64,000 nucleotides of DNA, taken from NCBI GenBank assembly GCA_038204425.1, contig JBBRCZ010000011.1, positions 36,309 to 100,308 on the forward strand. The letters are read 5' to 3'. The notes beneath the pieces are model-generated. The model worked only from the letters and a program-made list of their open reading frames with translations, searched no databases and had not been told where the DNA came from. Of the stretch, positions 60,022-64,000 are shown piece after piece; the stretch's first letter is position 1; every line of letters starts with the position of its first letter. The position numbers and the translations under genes are program-made. This DNA is from Spirochaetia bacterium (GTDB taxonomy: Bacteria > Spirochaetota > Spirochaetia > DSM-27196 > Salinispiraceae).

Positions 60022-61308
60022 ATGTATATTTCAAATAGTTCACAAGAATGGCTGGATCATCTGCGAGCCAGCACCGCCCTTCCGGAAGGCTTTAGAGCTT
60101 CTACTACAAGCATTGAGTTTTTTCCACCTGAAAAACCTGGCTCAGCTGCGTTTCCAATGCGTCTCAGCCTGATAGTAATGGATCAAGCCAGCCAGTCATT
60201 TGCAACGATGTTTACCCGCAACGCCTTTCCCGGCGCTCCCATAGTTGTTGGCAAGAAAATCTCGGCAGCAGGGTTTGTTCAAGGTATTCTTATCAATAAC
60301 AAAGTTAGTAATGTGGGCACCGAAAACGGTGTAGCTGATTCTGAGCGCTTGACGGGTGAAGTTTGCAAGCAGCTTGGCTTGGAAGGCAATTATATCTTGC
60401 CCTCGTCTACGGGCATTATTGGTTGGTCCTTGCCTGCCGAAACCATGAGTCAGGCCATTCCTACCCTGTGCGATCAACTTGGTACGGCCAGCGCTGCTGA
60501 CCTTGCCCAAGCTATAATGACAACCGACAGCTTTGCCAAGGCGGTTACGGTTAAGGTAGGTGAGGGCAGTATCACAGGTATTGCCAAGGGAGCTGGCATG
60601 ATAGAGCCAAACTTGGCAACCATGCTCGTTTTCTTGATGACTGACCTGTCGCAAGGAAGGCCAGCTATGGAATCGTGCTTGAGTCAGGCTGTCGAAGCAT
60701 CCTTCAATTGCATTAGCATTGATTCTGACCAAAGCACCTCAGATACCTGTGTCCTGCTTTCTAGCCGAAAAAAACCAGGGGTAAGTGCTGATCTTTTTGC
60801 GGAGGCACTCGGCAAGGTTTGTAACGAACTAGCCGCTCAAATTGTTCGCAATGGTGAAGGGACAAGCCACGTTTTGCGCGTTAGCGCGCGCGGATTTGGT
60901 GATTATCAACAGTGCCGTGACCTTGCCAAAGCAATAGTAAACAGTCCGCTTGTCAAAACAGCGGTTTATGGCAATGACCCCAATGTAGGCCGAATAATTG
61001 CTGCCGCTGGCGATTTTTTGGGTAATCGTGGCCACAGTCTCGACGCCAGTCGACTTAGAATCTTTTTGGGAGACTATGAGGTTTTTTCAGCAGGGTCGTT
61101 TAAGATTAGCAGTGAGACAGAAAAAAACCTGAGCGATATGCTCTTGCAAGCAAGGATAGATCCTGACGTACATGGCTACCCTCAGCATGAGCGTTATGTT
61201 GATATAAAGCTGATTATGGGCGAGGACAACCGCGGCAACGTGGCTGTCGTTTTGGGATCCGACCTTGGTTATGAGTACGTACGTGAGAATGCCGACTACC
61301 GGAGTTAA
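60022..61308 (+). CDS. argJ: Ornithine acetyltransferase / N-acetylglutamate synthase
   Basis: SSTGIIG, AIMTTD, AKGAGMIEPNLATML, DPNVGRI, NADYRS. Confidence 0.95.
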   Translation: MYISNSSQEWLDHLRASTALPEGFRASTTSIEFFPPEKPGSAAFPMRLSLIVMDQASQSFATMFTRNAFPGAPIVVGKKISAAGFVQGILINNKVSNVGTENGVADSERLTGEVCKQLGLEGNYILPSSTGIIGWSLPAETMSQAIPTLCDQLGTASAADLAQAIMTTDSFAKAVTVKVGEGSITGIAKGAGMIEPNLATMLVFLMTDLSQGRPAMESCLSQAVEASFNCISIDSDQSTSDTCVLLSSRKKPGVSADLFAEALGKVCNELAAQIVRNGEGTSHVLRVSARGFGDYQQCRDLAKAIVNSPLVKTAVYGNDPNVGRIIAAAGDFLGNRGHSLDASRLRIFLGDYEVFSAGSFKISSETEKNLSDMLLQARIDPDVHGYPQHERYVDIKLIMGEDNRGNVAVVLGSDLGYEYVRENADYRS

Positions 61309-61310
61309 CT

Positions 61311-62306
61311 ATGGAACAAGTTGAGTGGGATCGTAAAGAACTGGACAGTCAAGTAGAACGCGCTCGAGATCTAGTGCGCCGTTCGATAGAGGAAATTAGT
61401 CGTTCGATCGTTGGCCAGAAGCAGATGATCGAGGGCTTGTTTATGGGTGTGTTAGCCGGAGGCCACGTCCTCTTGGAAGGTGTGCCTGGGCTGGCCAAAA
61501 CCCTAGCCATCAAGGCGCTTGCCGAAACCATCGATGCAAGTTTTAAGCGCATCCAGTTTACTCCGGACCTCTTGCCTGCTGACATCGTGGGAACCATGAT
61601 TTACCGTCAACAAACTGGCGAATTTGTTGCCCGTAAAGGACCTGTCTTTTCCAATATTATCCTGGCAGACGAGATCAATCGCGCACCTGCCAAAGTGCAG
61701 TCCGCATTGCTGGAAGCTATGGAAGAGCACCAAGTTACGATTGGCGACAATACGTATCCATTGGCAGAGCCTTTTTTTGTTCTCGCAACTCAGAATCCGA
61801 TAGAGCAAGAAGGCACCTACAATTTGCCAGAAGCACAGCTTGATCGCTTTATGCTCAAACTATTTATCTCATATCCAAGTCCTGAGGAAGAATTACAAAT
61901 ACTTAGGCGCATGGGTAATGATGTTTCTATCAATTTGCAACGTCAAATGTTTAAACCCGACATCCGCAGACTCAAAGACATCGCCTCAAGAATAACCATG
62001 GACGAACGAATAGAGTCATATATAGTTGCCTTGGTTACTGCTACACGCGAAAAGAAGAAGTACGCTGGCAGTCTTTCTCGACTGATAGAGTGGGGGGCGT
62101 CACCGCGGGCCAGCCTCTATCTCTATCGATGCTCCAAGGTCAAGGCGCTGCTGGAAGGTCGTAGCTTTGTAGTTCCTGAGGATGTTAAAGCCGTAGCACC
62201 GTCAATCTTGAGACACCGCATTAACCTTAGTTATGAGGCCGAAAGTGAAGGCCTCAACTCAGGTGATGTCGTTGAGCAACTGCTCAAAAATGTCGCGGTT
62301 CCTTAA
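61311..62306 (+). CDS. moxR: MoxR-family AAA+ ATPase (second copy)
   Basis: GVPGLAKT, RIQFTPDLLPAD, GASPRAS. Confidence 0.95.
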   Translation: MEQVEWDRKELDSQVERARDLVRRSIEEISRSIVGQKQMIEGLFMGVLAGGHVLLEGVPGLAKTLAIKALAETIDASFKRIQFTPDLLPADIVGTMIYRQQTGEFVARKGPVFSNIILADEINRAPAKVQSALLEAMEEHQVTIGDNTYPLAEPFFVLATQNPIEQEGTYNLPEAQLDRFMLKLFISYPSPEEELQILRRMGNDVSINLQRQMFKPDIRRLKDIASRITMDERIESYIVALVTATREKKKYAGSLSRLIEWGASPRASLYLYRCSKVKALLEGRSFVVPEDVKAVAPSILRHRINLSYEAESEGLNSGDVVEQLLKNVAVP

Positions 62307-62321
62307 AGGTAGGCGCATACA

Positions 62322-63197
62322 ATGAGTGCTTCGCACCTGATGGCTAGGCTAAAAAAGCTCGATATACTCTCCAATCGACTGCTAGAATCGCTCTTGGCGG
62401 GCAACTATTCGTCGGTTTTTAAGGGCCCCGGCCTTGAGTTTTCGCAGGTGCGCGAGTACAGCGAGGGTGATGACCCACGCCAGATAGACTGGAACGTCTC
62501 ATCAAGGATGGGATCTACTTTTACTAAAACCTTTAAAGAAGAACGCGAACTAGTACTCTTTTTGATTGTAGACCTTTCGGCATCGGTTTTTACCGCGCGA
62601 GGCAGTTCTCAGATTCGCGAGGCCGCCAATACGATTTTTAGTCTGCTGGCCCTAGCGGCTACCAACAACAATGATCGTGTAGGCGCCTGCTTTTTTTCAG
62701 ATCGAATCGAACAGTGGGTTGCTCCGCGTAAGGGCCGCGCACATGCTTTGCGACTTATTCAGGACCTTCATGTTGCAATTCCCCTTGGCCAGGGCTCAGA
62801 TCTCGCCAAGGCACTGCGCAGCACCGGTGAGTCATTGGCCAGGCGTGGCATCTGCGTCGTGCTGTCTGACTTTAAAACTTCAGGCTACATGCGTGAGCTG
62901 GCGCTGCTTGCTCGCAAGCATGACGTTATTGCAGTCCGACTGGTGCCGCCAGAGGATCTTGCTTTTCCACGAATTGGCATGGTGCAAATGGAAGAGGCGG
63001 AAACAGGCGATATCATCCGCGCATATGGATCTAGCCACGTATTTCGCAAGGCATATCGCGACTATTGGCTCACCCAGCGTAAACAATGGTTTAGAGATTG
63101 TCGACGCTACAATGTTTCTCCCTTGGAGATCCGCAGTGATGAAGACCCAATTCAAAAGCTGGTCCAGTTTTTTGAACGCAGAAAGGTACGTCATTGA
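62322..63197 (+). CDS. DUF58-domain protein (second copy)
   Basis: GLEFSQVREY..GDDPRQIDWNVS, DLSAS, SDF. Confidence 0.92.
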   Translation: MSASHLMARLKKLDILSNRLLESLLAGNYSSVFKGPGLEFSQVREYSEGDDPRQIDWNVSSRMGSTFTKTFKEERELVLFLIVDLSASVFTARGSSQIREAANTIFSLLALAATNNNDRVGACFFSDRIEQWVAPRKGRAHALRLIQDLHVAIPLGQGSDLAKALRSTGESLARRGICVVLSDFKTSGYMRELALLARKHDVIAVRLVPPEDLAFPRIGMVQMEEAETGDIIRAYGSSHVFRKAYRDYWLTQRKQWFRDCRRYNVSPLEIRSDEDPIQKLVQFFERRKVRH

Positions 63198-64000
63198 TGC
63201 CCCTATTTAGATATTTGGCTATGCGTCTAACTTTGCTGTTAGTCTTTTTCTTGGCAGCGGCGCCTGTCGTGCTTGTGGCCAACGACTATAACCTAATCAA
63301 AACAGTGTTTTTGCCACAACAGTACTTTGTTGGTGATGAAGTAGAACTACGCCTAGAAATTAGGACGCCTTTTGCTGATCGTTTGATACTACCTCAGATC
63401 ATGCCAGAGACCATCTGGGGTAGTATCAACAAAATAAGCATACTACGTGACGGCTTGGAACCAGAAGTGCGCATCAATTTTGTGGCGCACGCTGTAGGTA
63501 CACGCACCTTGCCGGCTATCAATCTTGGCAGCATTACCATTGAGGGCATAAGTATTTACGTTAGTTCTATCTTAGAGCCTGGCCAGGTTGAGTTATCCGC
63601 GGTACAAGATCAAGTTTTGCTACCGGCAACCTTGCCGCTCTTGTTGGCTCAAGTCGTCTTTTTGCTCTTGATCCCCAGCCTAGTTATTCTCGCGCTCATC
63701 AAGGGAAGTCCGTTGATAGGACGCCTCATCAGGCGTTGGCAAGAAGGTCAAGCATGGCGCAAGCTCAGCCAAGAGCTAAAACAACTACAAAATCATATGG
63801 AACAGATGGATGCGCGAAGCTTCTACATTAGTATTCAACGTGACGCCCGCACCTATCTCAGTGATCGGCTCAAAATTAGCGGGCTGTCGGCTACCACGAG
63901 TGAACTAGTTGCAATTTTACGCCAACATGTACACAGCAGCGAAGCAATTATGTACATTGAGCAGCTTTTTCAGTTTGGGGATCGAGTCAAGTTTGCCAAC
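63197..64000 (+). CDS. Exported/membrane protein of the second MoxR cluster, truncated by the window end
   Basis: Open frame from ATG63197 (signal peptide, YFVGDEVEL, TM, TTSEL) to the end of the window. Confidence 0.7.
   Translation, partial: MPLFRYLAMRLTLLLVFFLAAAPVVLVANDYNLIKTVFLPQQYFVGDEVELRLEIRTPFADRLILPQIMPETIWGSINKISILRDGLEPEVRINFVAHAVGTRTLPAINLGSITIEGISIYVSSILEPGQVELSAVQDQVLLPATLPLLLAQVVFLLLIPSLVILALIKGSPLIGRLIRRWQEGQAWRKLSQELKQLQNHMEQMDARSFYISIQRDARTYLSDRLKISGLSATTSELVAILRQHVHSSEAIMYIEQLFQFGDRVKFAN

Overview
Bacterial chromosomal window, probably from a spirochaete (inferred from the RelA/SpoT-TPR protein, spirochaete-style lipoprotein signals and conserved hypotheticals). About 55 genes, mostly housekeeping or accessory: CorA, GH1, FTR/glutaredoxin, MetE, Tex, rubrerythrin, phosphoketolase, ArgJ, XpaC/TelA and two MoxR-DUF58 clusters, one with a full Bat operon. 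It also has three tandem paralogous lipoproteins, an apparently imported CHASE3 kinase-CheR block, a Crp-CsbD small-protein cassette and decayed GGDEF and Schlafen/AlbA_2 genes. No rRNA, tRNA, CRISPR array, integrase, transposase or reverse transcriptase was seen. The most notable signals are non-coding. (1) A densely base-paired ~340-nt intergenic element (12828-13166) that looks like a large ncRNA and matches no family I recognise. (2) A cobalamin riboswitch pointing away from the adjacent metE, inside a segment bounded by 11-bp inverted repeats that include the metE ribosome-binding site, so possibly an invertible regulatory switch. (3) A candidate Pro-Pro leader-peptide attenuator upstream of corA. 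(4) A recurring leaderless promoter geometry (-35/17/-10/6-7 nt/ATG). All folding and family assignments were made by eye.
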